Position numbers and translations under genes: made by a program. From assembly GCA_964416505.1 (NCBI GenBank), contig CAYQEJ010000004.1, forward strand, positions 59,331-123,330: a stretch of 64,000 bases of DNA, written 5' to 3'. The notes beneath the pieces were generated by a model. It did not search any database and was not told the origin of the DNA. It saw only the letters and a list, made by a program, of their open reading frames with translations. The number at the start of each line of letters is the position of its first letter. The first letter of the stretch is position 1. Below are positions 49,454 to 59,088 of this stretch, piece by piece. This stretch comes from an uncultured Gammaproteobacteria bacterium. GTDB taxonomy: Bacteria; Patescibacteriota; Microgenomatia; Levybacterales; UBA12049.

Positions 49454-50212
49454 TTATTTTGTTAAGATTTCTACGCCACCTTCAGATACTAATACTGTTC
49501 TTTCGAAAAGACCTGATAAAGAGCCATCTTCAGTCGAAATTGTCCAGTTGTCATCATTATAATATTTAACTTCAAAACTACCCATATTATAAATTACTTC
49601 TACAGCAATGGTCATACCTTCTTTAAGTAGAGGGGTTTTCTCAATTTTTTTATTTAAATAACCTGGAACCTCTGGATCTTCATGTAAATTTCTCCCAACA
49701 CCATGCCCAATAAGACTCCTAACTACAGAGTATCCATTTTCTTTTTCAACAATATCCTGGATCGTTTTGGAAATATGACCAATACGATTTCCCGGCATAA
49801 CTTGTAAAATAGCTTCATTTAGAGCTCTTTCTCCCACTTCAAGAAACTTTTCTAATTCAGAACTTTTTTTATTACCTACAATTTTTGAATGAGACATGTC
49901 CGTATGAAAACCTTTATAAAAAACTCCACAATCTACTCCTACAATATCTCCATCTTTAAATACATAGTTGCTAGGAATTCCATGAACCACTACATCATTC
50001 GTAGAGATGCAAGTTGCATATGAATAGCCCTCTACTTTTTTGAATCCAGGTTCTCCTCCTTTTTCAACAATTAGTCGATCAGCTAAAGCATCTACTTCTT
50101 TCTCCGAAACACCGGGTTTTATAAAATCCATTACCTCCCATAATGTTTCAGCAAGAATTTTGCCTCCTGCTCTCATTATTTCAATTTCTTCTTTTGTCTT
50201 TATATCAACCAT
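49454..50212 (-). CDS. map: Methionine aminopeptidase type I.
   Basis: The pita-bread fold is indicated by the D, D, H, E, E metal ligands (...VVHGIP..., ...DCGV..., ...HGVG...). Confidence 0.9.
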   Translation of the reverse strand: MVDIKTKEEIEIMRAGGKILAETLWEVMDFIKPGVSEKEVDALADRLIVEKGGEPGFKKVEGYSYATCISTNDVVVHGIPSNYVFKDGDIVGVDCGVFYKGFHTDMSHSKIVGNKKSSELEKFLEVGERALNEAILQVMPGNRIGHISKTIQDIVEKENGYSVVRSLIGHGVGRNLHEDPEVPGYLNKKIEKTPLLKEGMTIAVEVIYNMGSFEVKYYNDDNWTISTEDGSLSGLFERTVLVSEGGVEILTK

Positions 50213-50753
50213 AAATATAGCTAATTATTTTATTATGAATCTCGTCAATTGGACCAGTTCCATCAATTTCTCTTAAAAGTCCTTCTTTTTTATAGAACTC
50301 AAGAACTTTTTCTCTATCTCTATCCTGATTTTCCCTTCTCTTTAAAACTATTTCTGGCTTATCGTCATCCCTTCCGCGATAAACCATTCTCTTTAACATT
50401 TCTTCTTTAGAAATATTTAAATAAAAAACATAATCAACCTTAAGTTTTTTTTCTTTAATATAATTATTAAAAGTCTCTAAGTCTTCTTGTGTACCAGGAA
50501 AATTATCAATTATACAGCCATTTACCGTTTCCTCAATTTTATCTTTTAAAAGCTCGAATTTAAGATTAACTGGAACATGCATTCCTTTCATGCTATATTT
50601 TTCAAATCCTTCAACTGCCCTAGGGTCTTTTCTTTCATATGCATCTCGAATCAAAGCACCCATAGAAAAAACTGGCAAGTTAATTCTTCCCCCCAACATT
50701 TTTGCTTGAGTATCTTTTCCTGAAAAAGGCGGACCAGTAAAAATAATTATCAT
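50205..50753 (-). CDS. Adenylate-kinase-like NMP kinase paralog (short type, possibly a UMP/CMP or second adenylate kinase).
   Basis: GPPFSGKDTQA (P-loop), DNFPGTQEDL (NMP-binding) and RGRDDDKPEIVLKRRE (a LID-less RxDD motif) are present. Confidence 0.6.
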   Translation of the reverse strand: MIIIFTGPPFSGKDTQAKMLGGRINLPVFSMGALIRDAYERKDPRAVEGFEKYSMKGMHVPVNLKFELLKDKIEETVNGCIIDNFPGTQEDLETFNNYIKEKKLKVDYVFYLNISKEEMLKRMVYRGRDDDKPEIVLKRRENQDRDREKVLEFYKKEGLLREIDGTGPIDEIHNKIISYIYG

Positions 50754-51310
50754 AATTTATTAAAAAGCTCTTCCAATTTTTCTTCTAAATTTCCTCCATT
50801 GTTTGAAATAAAATAATCAGCAACTGCAAAACACTTAGCTACCTGTAAACCATTAATTTCATTTTCAGAAATTCCTAAATCTCTATAATCAAGCCTATCG
50901 AAAAGCTCAGGTGTAAGTTCTTCTCGATTTTTTATTTTTTTTACTCTTTCGAATCTTATTTTTCTATCTGCTACAATTCCAAGCAATATAAATTTTTCAA
51001 ACTTCTTTAACTCTTCTATTTCACCTAAATTTCTTATTCCATCAATTACTGCTCTTTCAATATTATTTTCTCTAATAAAGTCGATTGCTTTTTTTGCCAG
51101 AACCCCAGCTCCTTCATTTTTTCTCCATAAATTCCCTAAGTCTTGCAGATTATTCCTAGTTATTTCTTTTTTATTTTTCGAGAGCTCTTTCTCAAGAAAT
51201 GATGAAAGAGTTATTTTAGTAAAATCTTTTGCTTGAAAAAAAGAAGCTGCGGTAGATTTTCCGCTACCAAATGGCCCGGTAATTCCTATAACAGTTACAT
51301 TCCCATTCAC
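50750..51310 (-). CDS. P-loop nucleoside/nucleotide kinase (dephospho-CoA-kinase-like or other small kinase).
   Basis: VIGITGPFGSGKSTAASFF is a Walker A. The 186-aa protein is all-alpha/beta and sits between adk and the adk-like gene with 4-nt overlaps. Confidence 0.4.
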   Translation of the reverse strand: MNGNVTVIGITGPFGSGKSTAASFFQAKDFTKITLSSFLEKELSKNKKEITRNNLQDLGNLWRKNEGAGVLAKKAIDFIRENNIERAVIDGIRNLGEIEELKKFEKFILLGIVADRKIRFERVKKIKNREELTPELFDRLDYRDLGISENEINGLQVAKCFAVADYFISNNGGNLEEKLEELFNKL

Positions 51311-51852
51311 TTCTGAATACTCCTGAGAATTTCTTTTGTAATATCTTCAACCGACTGTTCGCCATCAATCTCTATTAACTGTCCCTTTTCTCTATAATAT
51401 TCAATAACTGGTTCTGTAAATTTATGAAAAAGATCAATTCTTTTTCTAATGGCGATGAGCGTCTCATCCTCTCTTTCTGCTTCTCTTCCTGAAATCCTCC
51501 ATAGAGCTTCCTTATCTGAGATCTTTAAATAAATTACTTTATCAATTCCATTCTTAAAACTTTTAGCTTGAACTAAAGTTCTTGGATATCCATCCATAAT
51601 ATAACCTTTTTCATATTCTGAACGAGAAAGATAATCACTTACAATCTTATTTGTTTTTTTATCAGAGATAAGAAGTCCTGCATTCATAACCAACTTTATT
51701 TGACGTCCAAGTGGAGAATGCTCTTTAGCAAGATTTCTAAAAATATGTCCTGTTGATAAATATGGAATACCAAGTTTTTCAGAAAGATTATTTCCCTGTG
51801 TAGATTTTCCTGATCCTTGTATTCCAATTAAAATTAATTTCATCAAAATCAC
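51307..51852 (-). CDS. adk: Adenylate kinase (short form).
   Basis: MKLILIGIQGSGKSTQGNNL..., ...DGYPRT..QA... and its position right after secY fit adk. Confidence 0.85.
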   Translation of the reverse strand: MILMKLILIGIQGSGKSTQGNNLSEKLGIPYLSTGHIFRNLAKEHSPLGRQIKLVMNAGLLISDKKTNKIVSDYLSRSEYEKGYIMDGYPRTLVQAKSFKNGIDKVIYLKISDKEALWRISGREAEREDETLIAIRKRIDLFHKFTEPVIEYYREKGQLIEIDGEQSVEDITKEILRSIQK

Positions 51853-51859
51853 CCCTTTT

Positions 51860-53146
51860 TTATTTTTGATAGATTTCGTAATTCTTCATTACAAGCTGTG
51901 CTTCTATTGATTTAATAGTTTCAAGTACTACTGAGACCACGATAAGCATTCCAGTTCCCCCCAGTAAAAGAGTTTGAACATCTGTAATATGTCTACTTAC
52001 TACTGGAAGAATTGCAATAAGACCTAAGAAAAGAGCACCACCTGATGTGATCCTAGATAATATGTAATTTAAGTACTTTGCGGTTTCTCCTCCTGGTCTA
52101 ATTCCTGGAATAAACCCTCCTTGTTTTTGAATCTCTTCAGAAATTTTCTTCGGATTAAAAACAACTGCCGTATAAAAATATGTAAAAACAACTACGAGAA
52201 CAAAATAAACAACATTGTAGGTCATACCATTTGGATTAAACCAAACTGAAACATTTGCAGCAAAACTTCTTAAAGCCGCATTTGAAGAAGCAGTTAAATA
52301 ATTAGCAAATAAGCTTGGCAGAAGAACCAAAGATACTGCAAAAATAATTGGTATTACTCCTGCCTGATTTAATCTAAGAGGCAAATGAGTTGACTGACCT
52401 CCATACATTTTATTTCCTCTAACTCTTTTTGCATAATTGATAGTTATTCTCCTTGTAGCTTCGTTCACAATAACAATCAAAATTACCACAGCTAAAGACA
52501 TCACTCCGAAAGTTAAAATATTAAATAAATTCTGAGATGAAGTTGTTGATGCTGTTTGCCCTAATGAAATAGGAAGTCTTCCTACTATTCCTGCAAATAT
52601 TAATACCGAAATTCCATTACCCACGCCTTTTTCTGTTATAAGCTCTCCAAGCCAAACCAAAAGCATTGTTCCTGCAGTCATCGTAAGAATAAAAGCTAAA
52701 ATCTGAATTGGATTATTCATAGCTATAATATTTTGACTCTTAAGAAGAGCAAACATTCCAACCGCTTGAACAGCAGCAAGAGGCACAGTAAGAATTCTTG
52801 TGTACTGATTAATTTTCTGCCTTCCAGTCTCTCCTTCTTTTTGAAGCTCTTCAAGCTTTGGAAATACCAAAGTTCCAAGATTCATAATAATAGATGCGTT
52901 AATGTATGGATTAAGTCCTAAAGCCATTACAGAAAAATTGGCTAACGTTCCACCTGAAAAAATATCTAAAAGACCTAGAAGTTGGTTTTGTGAAAATAAA
53001 GATTTAAGCTGAACAAGATCAACTCCAGAAACTGGAATATGTGCGAATATGCGGAAAACTACGAGGACTAAAGCCGTAAAAAGTATTTTTCTTCGAACGT
53101 CTGGAGCTCGAAAAATATTTCTAAATAAACTTAAAAGATTATCCAT
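51860..53146 (-). CDS. secY: Protein translocase subunit SecY.
   Basis: 10 TM helices are predicted, with the SecY signature regions. It follows rplO. Confidence 0.95.
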   Translation of the reverse strand: MDNLLSLFRNIFRAPDVRRKILFTALVLVVFRIFAHIPVSGVDLVQLKSLFSQNQLLGLLDIFSGGTLANFSVMALGLNPYINASIIMNLGTLVFPKLEELQKEGETGRQKINQYTRILTVPLAAVQAVGMFALLKSQNIIAMNNPIQILAFILTMTAGTMLLVWLGELITEKGVGNGISVLIFAGIVGRLPISLGQTASTTSSQNLFNILTFGVMSLAVVILIVIVNEATRRITINYAKRVRGNKMYGGQSTHLPLRLNQAGVIPIIFAVSLVLLPSLFANYLTASSNAALRSFAANVSVWFNPNGMTYNVVYFVLVVVFTYFYTAVVFNPKKISEEIQKQGGFIPGIRPGGETAKYLNYILSRITSGGALFLGLIAILPVVSRHITDVQTLLLGGTGMLIVVSVVLETIKSIEAQLVMKNYEIYQK

Positions 53147-53154
53147 TTATGGGA

Positions 53155-53607
53155 TTATTTCTTTGGATTAAGCTCTAATTTTCCACCTGCTTTTTCAATT
53201 TTCTTTAGAGCGCTATTTGAAACTGGAATTCTAAATATTAAGCTTTCCTTAATCTCTCCATCTCCTAGTATTTTAACACCAAATTCTTTTGCGTCGTTTG
53301 CTTTAACAATTCCCCTCTTAACAAGCGATTCGACATCTACTACATCATTCTTTTTAAAATCCACTAAATATTTTAAATTAACAATTAATGGAACATTTCT
53401 AAAACTTTTATTTCTACCTTTACCACGCCTAAATGGAAGTCTTTTAATTAATGGTAGAGCTCCTCCTTCGAAATACAAAGGAACTTTACCTCTAGCTTTT
53501 TGACCCTTCGTTCCTCTTCCTCCTGTTTTAACTTTTCCTGATCCATGACCTTGACCTAGTCTTTTTTTAGATTTTGATTTTATTTTTACTAACTTATTAA
53601 GACTCAT
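53155..53607 (-). CDS. rplO: 50S ribosomal protein L15.
   Basis: ...GQGHGSGKVKTGGRGTKGQKARG... Confidence 0.9.
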   Translation of the reverse strand: MSLNKLVKIKSKSKKRLGQGHGSGKVKTGGRGTKGQKARGKVPLYFEGGALPLIKRLPFRRGKGRNKSFRNVPLIVNLKYLVDFKKNDVVDVESLVKRGIVKANDAKEFGVKILGDGEIKESLIFRIPVSNSALKKIEKAGGKLELNPKK

Positions 53608-54107
53608 TATTTAGTTTTCCTTTCTTCTTCCCTCTTATATCTTTGAGCCAAAAGTCTCAATGCTTCAATCGTTGCATAAACATTACTTGCTTGATTTTTC
53701 GTACCAAGAACTTTAGAAGAGATATTGTGAATTCCAGCAGCTGTCACAACACTTCTAACTGCTCCACCAGCGATTACACCTGATCCCGGAGGTGCTGGCT
53801 TAATTAAAACCTTTGCTGCACCTAATTTTATATAAAATTCAAAAGGAATCGTACCATTTATGATTGGAACTTCAACTAAATTTTTCTTTGCAGTTAGAAC
53901 TCCTTTTCTAATCGCCGCAGAAACATCAGGCGCTTTTCCAAGACCAACCCCTACTTTTCCTTTTCCATCTCCCACAACTGCGAGAGCAGAAAAACCTATC
54001 TTATTTCCACCTTTTGTTTTTTTAGAAACACGGCTTACCTGAACAATTTTTTCTTCAAAATCATCCTGTCTTCGGTCTATTTGATTCGTAAATCTTGCGT
54101 CAGCCAT
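53607..54107 (-). CDS. rpsE: 30S ribosomal protein S5.
   Basis: ...IVQVSRVSKKTKGGNKIGFSALAVVGDGKGKVG... Confidence 0.95.
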   Translation of the reverse strand: MADARFTNQIDRRQDDFEEKIVQVSRVSKKTKGGNKIGFSALAVVGDGKGKVGVGLGKAPDVSAAIRKGVLTAKKNLVEVPIINGTIPFEFYIKLGAAKVLIKPAPPGSGVIAGGAVRSVVTAAGIHNISSKVLGTKNQASNVYATIEALRLLAQRYKREEERKTK

Positions 54108-54448
54108 TAGAATTCCATTCCTCCTTCACGTAATCCTTCTGCGATGTTTTTAATTCTTCCATGATATGCATAACTTCCTCTATCAAAAATTATTTTTGTT
54201 ATTTTTTTTGTTTTTAATTTATTGGCTAATTCCAATCCAAGAGCTTTTGCTTTTTCTGTTTTGGTTCCAGTTGCTTTAATATTTTTTTGTGAAATCCCAA
54301 CAATTGTTACACCTTTTATATCATCAATCGCTTGTGCCGCAACATATTTGTTTGACCTATATACTGAGACTCTTGGTCTATCGCTAGATGCATTTATTTT
54401 AGATCTAACTCTTATTTGTCTCTTATTTTTTCTAGCTAATTTGTTCAT
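54107..54448 (-). CDS. rplR: 50S ribosomal protein L18.
   Basis: ...RPRVSVYRSNKYVAAQAIDD... Confidence 0.9.
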   Translation of the reverse strand: MNKLARKNKRQIRVRSKINASSDRPRVSVYRSNKYVAAQAIDDIKGVTIVGISQKNIKATGTKTEKAKALGLELANKLKTKKITKIIFDRGSYAYHGRIKNIAEGLREGGMEF

Positions 54449-54450
54449 AA

Positions 54451-55008
54451 TTATTTTGCTCCTGCAGCTCCTACTGCTTTTGCCGCCTTTCCAACTTTTC
54501 TCCTAATTCTTTCTCCCTGATACTTAATTCCTTTTCCTTTGTATGGCTCAGGTGGTCGCACACGTCTTACCTCCGCTGCAACATCTCCCACCATTGCCTT
54601 ATCTACTCCTGAGACTATAACCACATTGTCTTCAACGCTAAAAGAAATTGTTGGATCAGCTTTTATAATAACAGGATGCGAATAACCAACAGATAAAGTT
54701 AAAGTACTACCTGATGCTTGCGCCCGATAACCTACTCCAGTTAATTCTAGCTTTTTTGTAAAACCATCACTAACTCCTTTAACCATATTTGCAACATATG
54801 CTCTAACAAGCCCTGACAATGCTCTTGCTTTATCATTATCTTCTGTTTGTTTAACCAATACATTTCCTTCTTCAATTTTCACACTAACTCCACCGGGAAG
54901 CGGGAAAACTAAATTTCCTTTTGCACCACTTACCTTCACTTCATTATTTTCAAGTGTTACTGTAACTCCTTCTTTTATTTGAACTGGTATTTTAGCAATT
55001 TTAGACAT
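54451..55008 (-). CDS. rplF: 50S ribosomal protein L6.
   Basis: MSKIAKIPVQIKEGVTVTLE... is a tandem L6 domain. Confidence 0.95.
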   Translation of the reverse strand: MSKIAKIPVQIKEGVTVTLENNEVKVSGAKGNLVFPLPGGVSVKIEEGNVLVKQTEDNDKARALSGLVRAYVANMVKGVSDGFTKKLELTGVGYRAQASGSTLTLSVGYSHPVIIKADPTISFSVEDNVVIVSGVDKAMVGDVAAEVRRVRPPEPYKGKGIKYQGERIRRKVGKAAKAVGAAGAK

Positions 55009-55023
55009 ATATATAAACTCTTA

Positions 55024-55416
55024 TTACCAAATCTCGAATAAGATTTCTCCTCCTACTCCTTTTTTCTTTGCATCAGCTCCACTCATCACGCCTTGGCTTG
55101 TTGATAGAACTACCTTATGCTTTCCACGTCTTTCTACTCCAGCTATTTTATCTGCACCCTTGTAAACTCTAAGAGATGGCTTAGAAACGATTACCACATC
55201 TGATAAAACAGGATTTCTCTTCTCATAGGAAATAGTTACCTGAAGAGTTCTCTTATTTCCATCTTTTATTTCTTTAACTTCTTCTAAAAATCCTTCTTTT
55301 TGTAAAACTTTCCCGATTTCCTTATTAATATTTGAATAAGGAAGCACTATTTGTTTTCTCCTTGCTAAAGAAGCATTTTTTATTCTAATTATAAAATCCG
55401 AAACTGAATGATTCAT
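55024..55416 (-). CDS. rpsH: 30S ribosomal protein S8.
   Basis: ...SDFIIRIKNASLARRKQIVLPYS... Confidence 0.95.
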   Translation of the reverse strand: MNHSVSDFIIRIKNASLARRKQIVLPYSNINKEIGKVLQKEGFLEEVKEIKDGNKRTLQVTISYEKRNPVLSDVVIVSKPSLRVYKGADKIAGVERRGKHKVVLSTSQGVMSGADAKKKGVGGEILFEIW

Positions 55417-55418
55417 AT

Positions 55419-55604
55419 TTACCAGCTTGCCTTTATTACTCCAGGCATTTCTCCTTTCGATGCTAATTCTCTAAAACAAATTCTACAAATTCCAAATTTC
55501 CTCATGTAGCCTCTGTTTCTTCCACAAATCTTACATATATTCTTGTGTCGAACTGAAAACTTTTGCTTTTTTTGATATTTAACTACATTTGATTTTTTTG
55601 CCAT
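55419..55604 (-). CDS. rpsZ: 30S ribosomal protein S14, zinc-binding type Z.
   Basis: 61 aa with [20 protein letters not shown], a C4 zinc ribbon. Confidence 0.9.
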   Translation of the reverse strand: MAKKSNVVKYQKKQKFSVRHKNICKICGRNRGYMRKFGICRICFRELASKGEMPGVIKASW

Positions 55605-55607
55605 ATA

Positions 55608-56147
55608 TTATTTTTGAAAAGGCATTCCTAAGGCTTTTAAGAGCGCCATTCCCTCCTTATTATCTCTAGCAGATGTAACAATTGTTATTTCTAAGCCTTG
55701 TGTTCTCTCAAGTTTTGACGGATCTATTTCTGGAAAAACAATTGGCTCTGCAAAACCTAACGAATAATTCCCTCTACCATCAAAACTTTTTACTGACACT
55801 CCTCTGAAATCTCTTAAACGAGGAAGAACAATATTAACTAATTTTTCATAAAAATCATACATTCTTTTTCCCCTAAGAGTTACTGCCACTCCAATTTTAT
55901 CTCCTTCTCTGAGCTTAAAAGTAGCAATTGATTTTCTAGCTTTGGTAATCTTGGGTTTTTGTCCAGTAATCTGTGATAAAACACCTGCTGCGATTTCAAC
56001 ATTTTTTTTATCAGCAATTGCATCTTTTACCCCAGTATTTATAACAATCTTTTTAAGTTTTGGAATTGCAAAGAAATTATTTATCTCCAATTCTTTCTGA
56101 AGATCGTTAACTATTTTTGTATTAAATTTTGTCATTAAATTATCCAT
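55608..56147 (-). CDS. rplE: 50S ribosomal protein L5.
   Basis: ...LMTKFNTKIVNDLQKELEINNFFAIPKLKKIVINTGV... Confidence 0.9.
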   Translation of the reverse strand: MDNLMTKFNTKIVNDLQKELEINNFFAIPKLKKIVINTGVKDAIADKKNVEIAAGVLSQITGQKPKITKARKSIATFKLREGDKIGVAVTLRGKRMYDFYEKLVNIVLPRLRDFRGVSVKSFDGRGNYSLGFAEPIVFPEIDPSKLERTQGLEITIVTSARDNKEGMALLKALGMPFQK

Positions 56148-56149
56148 AA

Positions 56150-56455
56150 TTAAATTTTCTTTTCGCACTTAGCGCAAATTCTAACCTTTTCTTTGTTATC
56201 AAGTTTATATGCTATTCTTGTTTCCTTATGACAGTTCGGACAAATTAAAGAAACATTTTGAGCCGGAAAAGGTCTTACAATATCTCTAATCTCTGAAGGC
56301 TTATCTTGAACTCTTGATTTGTAATGTCTTTTATAAACATTAAGCCCAGGAATCAAAACAGAATTTAGCTTATCAAAAACCTTTTCAATCTTTCCTCTTT
56401 TTCCTTTATCTTTTCCTCTTGTAATAATAACTTCGTCACCTTTTTTAAGTTTCAT
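56150..56455 (-). CDS. rplX: 50S ribosomal protein L24 with a C-terminal C4 zinc-ribbon.
   Basis: A KOW domain (KLKKGDEVIITRGKDKGKRGKI) is followed by CPNCHKETRIAYKLDNKEKVRICAKCEKK. Confidence 0.85.
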   Translation of the reverse strand: MKLKKGDEVIITRGKDKGKRGKIEKVFDKLNSVLIPGLNVYKRHYKSRVQDKPSEIRDIVRPFPAQNVSLICPNCHKETRIAYKLDNKEKVRICAKCEKKI

Positions 56456-56456
56456 A

Positions 56457-56831
56457 TTATAACACCTCAACAGCCATACTTGAAATTTTCATAAATCCTT
56501 TATCTCTAATTTCTCTTGCGACTGGTCCAAAAATACGAGTCCCAACTGGATTCTTATCTGTTTTATTATCGATTACTACTGCTGCATTATCAGAGAATCT
56601 AATAAATGATCCGTCTGCTCTTCTGAATTCTTTTCTTGATCTCACAAGCACTGCTTCAACCATTTCACTTTCTTTTACAGTTCCAGTAGGAGATGCTTCT
56701 TTTACAACGCACTTAATTACATCTCCAATATAACCAAATCTTCTCTTGGATCCATTTCTTGCTTGGATAACTAGTAAAATTTTTGCTCCACTATTATCTG
56801 CGACTCTTAAAAGACTTCTATGCTGTACCAT
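56457..56831 (-). CDS. rplN: 50S ribosomal protein L14.
   Basis: [17 protein letters not shown]... Confidence 0.95.
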   Translation of the reverse strand: MVQHRSLLRVADNSGAKILLVIQARNGSKRRFGYIGDVIKCVVKEASPTGTVKESEMVEAVLVRSRKEFRRADGSFIRFSDNAAVVIDNKTDKNPVGTRIFGPVAREIRDKGFMKISSMAVEVL

Positions 56832-57163
56832 TATTTGATTGCCTTTGAAGGACTTCCTTTCTTAGATTTTACTGATTTCTTAACTTCTTTTACTTCTTTT
56901 GGCTTCTCATCTTTTTGCACTAATTTAGCTTTTTGTCCGACAACTTCCATAATCTTAAAATATTTACTTTTTGAAATTGGTCTAGTTTCTACGATTTTCA
57001 CTTTGTTTCCAATTTCTATTTCGAATCCAGTTGTATCTGCTTTTAATTTTTTACTAAGTCTTATTAATTTTTTATACAATGGATGTGGAGTTCTTCTGGT
57101 AATTTCCACTACCGCTGTATTATTTTTATCTTTTGACACTACTAATCCTTCAAAAATTTTCAT
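56831..57163 (-). CDS. rpsQ: 30S ribosomal protein S17, with a Lys-rich C-terminal tail.
   Basis: ...[27 protein letters not shown]... Confidence 0.9.
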   Translation of the reverse strand: MKIFEGLVVSKDKNNTAVVEITRRTPHPLYKKLIRLSKKLKADTTGFEIEIGNKVKIVETRPISKSKYFKIMEVVGQKAKLVQKDEKPKEVKEVKKSVKSKKGSPSKAIK

Positions 57164-57164
57164 A

Positions 57165-57395
57165 TTACTTTGCTACCTCTACTTTCTTTTCTTCTTTGGG
57201 CATTAATTCCTTTTCTCTTAATAGAGTTAAGATTCTAGCAATTTCTTTCCTAGTATTAAAGATACTTCTAGAATTCTTTAATGTATTTTTTTTGCTATCC
57301 ATAATTAATTTAAATAACTCTTCTCTCTTAGAAGATACTAAATCTCTTAATTCTTTTTCACTCTTTACGCTAATTTCATTAACATTTTTTTTCAT
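57165..57395 (-). CDS. rpmC: 50S ribosomal protein L29.
   Basis: ...SVKSEKELRDLVSSKREELFKL... Confidence 0.85.
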   Translation of the reverse strand: MKKNVNEISVKSEKELRDLVSSKREELFKLIMDSKKNTLKNSRSIFNTRKEIARILTLLREKELMPKEEKKVEVAK

Positions 57396-57397
57396 AA

Positions 57398-57802
57398 TTA
57401 TTTATCTACAATTCTTGTTGTAACGCTAAGCTTATGAGCTGCTAACCTAAGAGCTTGATGCGCAACATCTGCTGGAACTCCTGCCATCTCAAAAAGCATT
57501 CTGCCTTTTTTTACTGGCGCTACAAACTCCGCAACATCTCCTTTTCCTCCACCCATTCTTACCTCAGGTGGTTTTTTACTAATTGGCTTATCTGGAAAAA
57601 TTCTTATCCAAACACGTCCACCACGCTGTGTATAGTGAGTAATTGCTCTTCTTGCTGCCTCTATCTGACGAGCTGAAATCCAACCAGTTTGCTCACTTAC
57701 CAGTCCAAAATCTCCAAAAGAAATTTTCGTTCCAGCATGCGCTACTCCTTTTAAATTTCCCCTAAATTGTTTTCTATATTTTGCTCTTTTAGGTGTTAAC
57801 AT
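57398..57802 (-). CDS. rplP: 50S ribosomal protein L16.
   Basis: MLTPKRAKYRKQFRGNLKG... Confidence 0.95.
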   Translation of the reverse strand: MLTPKRAKYRKQFRGNLKGVAHAGTKISFGDFGLVSEQTGWISARQIEAARRAITHYTQRGGRVWIRIFPDKPISKKPPEVRMGGGKGDVAEFVAPVKKGRMLFEMAGVPADVAHQALRLAAHKLSVTTRIVDK

Positions 57803-58446
57803 TATTCTTCCTTTCTATTGATCCAAACCTTTACCCCAATGTAACCCTTCTTTGTTAAAGATGGTACGCTTGCATAATTTACATGTTCTCTAATTGTAGA
57901 TAATGGCACGGTTCCCTGCTGAAGTTTTTCACGTCTTCCGATTTCTGCTCCACCAATTCTTCCCGATAGAATAACTCTAATTCCAAGCGCACCAGATGCC
58001 ATTGCTCGCTCAACAGCTTGACCCATAACTCTCTTATGCGGCATTCTTCTAGCAAGTTGATCTGAAATATTTTTTGCAACCAAATAAGCATCAAGATTTG
58101 GTTCTTTTACCGGTTCTATTCTAATATCTAATTTTGGAAGATTTTTCTTTCCTTTATTTTTAGAAAGAAGTTCCACTAAAAACTTTTTAAGATCTTCTAG
58201 TCCCGCTCCGCCTCGTCCGATAACCATTCCAGGCTTCGAGACATAAGCTGTAACCTTAATGCTATTTATGCTTCGCTCGATTTCTACGGTTGAAACTCCA
58301 GCTCCTTTTAATCTTTCAATTATAGATTTTCTCAAATGATAATCTTCTAAAAGGGTTTGAGCATAGTTTCTATCATCAAACCATCTGGAATCCCAATTAT
58401 AAATTGGTCCTATTCTAAATAATTTTGGATTTACTTTATGACCCAT
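57802..58446 (-). CDS. rpsC: 30S ribosomal protein S3.
   Basis: MGHKVNPKLFRIG..., KH domain. Confidence 0.95.
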   Translation of the reverse strand: MGHKVNPKLFRIGPIYNWDSRWFDDRNYAQTLLEDYHLRKSIIERLKGAGVSTVEIERSINSIKVTAYVSKPGMVIGRGGAGLEDLKKFLVELLSKNKGKKNLPKLDIRIEPVKEPNLDAYLVAKNISDQLARRMPHKRVMGQAVERAMASGALGIRVILSGRIGGAEIGRREKLQQGTVPLSTIREHVNYASVPSLTKKGYIGVKVWINRKEE

Positions 58447-58447
58447 T

Positions 58448-58792
58448 TTACTTCGATGCCTCCTTTTCCTCTAATACAATTCTTATATTGCTTGTCCTTT
58501 TCTTATATCTATGGATTCTACCTCTGGTAGAAGGCCTAAATCTTTTCAAAGATGTCCCTTCTCCAACATCGATACTTTTTATTTTTAAATTATTTTTGTC
58601 TAATTTTGAGTTATTTACAGCATTAGCTACAGCTGCATTGAGCGCCTTTCCTAAATCAGTTGCTCCTCTTTTTTCAATAACTGTTAAAGCATCCAACGCT
58701 TCAGGAATACTCAAATTCCTTATAGCATCTGCTACTATCCTTACTTTTCTCGTACTTGTTCTAACTTCATTAAATCTTGTTATAGTTTGCAT
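58448..58792 (-). CDS. rplV: 50S ribosomal protein L22.
   Basis: ...RTSTRKVRIVADAIRNLSIPEAL... Confidence 0.9.
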   Translation of the reverse strand: MQTITRFNEVRTSTRKVRIVADAIRNLSIPEALDALTVIEKRGATDLGKALNAAVANAVNNSKLDKNNLKIKSIDVGEGTSLKRFRPSTRGRIHRYKKRTSNIRIVLEEKEASK

Positions 58793-58801
58793 ATATTCTC
58801 C

Positions 58802-59086
58802 TTATGTCTTTGAAATTTCTCTAGCTACAATTCTTCCATGTGATCTAAATGTTCTAGTTGGAGAGAATTCTCCGAGACGATGTCCTACCATTCCCTCAAC
58901 AACATATACATTTATGAAATTCTTTCCATTGTGCACCGCGAAATTATGTCCCACAAACTCAGGTGGAATTTGACATGCCCTTGCCCATGTTTTTATAGCC
59001 GCTTTATCACCGGTTTGCTTCTGCATGTTTACTTTTTTTAATAATTTTGCGTCCACGAATGGACCCTTTTTACTACTCCTTGCCAT
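58802..59086 (-). CDS. rpsS: 30S ribosomal protein S19.
   Basis: [12 protein letters not shown]...[12 protein letters not shown]... Confidence 0.95.
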   Translation of the reverse strand: MARSSKKGPFVDAKLLKKVNMQKQTGDKAAIKTWARACQIPPEFVGHNFAVHNGKNFINVYVVEGMVGHRLGEFSPTRTFRSHGRIVAREISKT

Positions 59087-59088
59087 AT

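Noticed and set aside
53600-53615. A possible tiny rpmD (L30) ORF between rpsE and rplO.
   Set aside because: The S5 stop and L15 start are contiguous (they share position 53607). There is no space for a gene.
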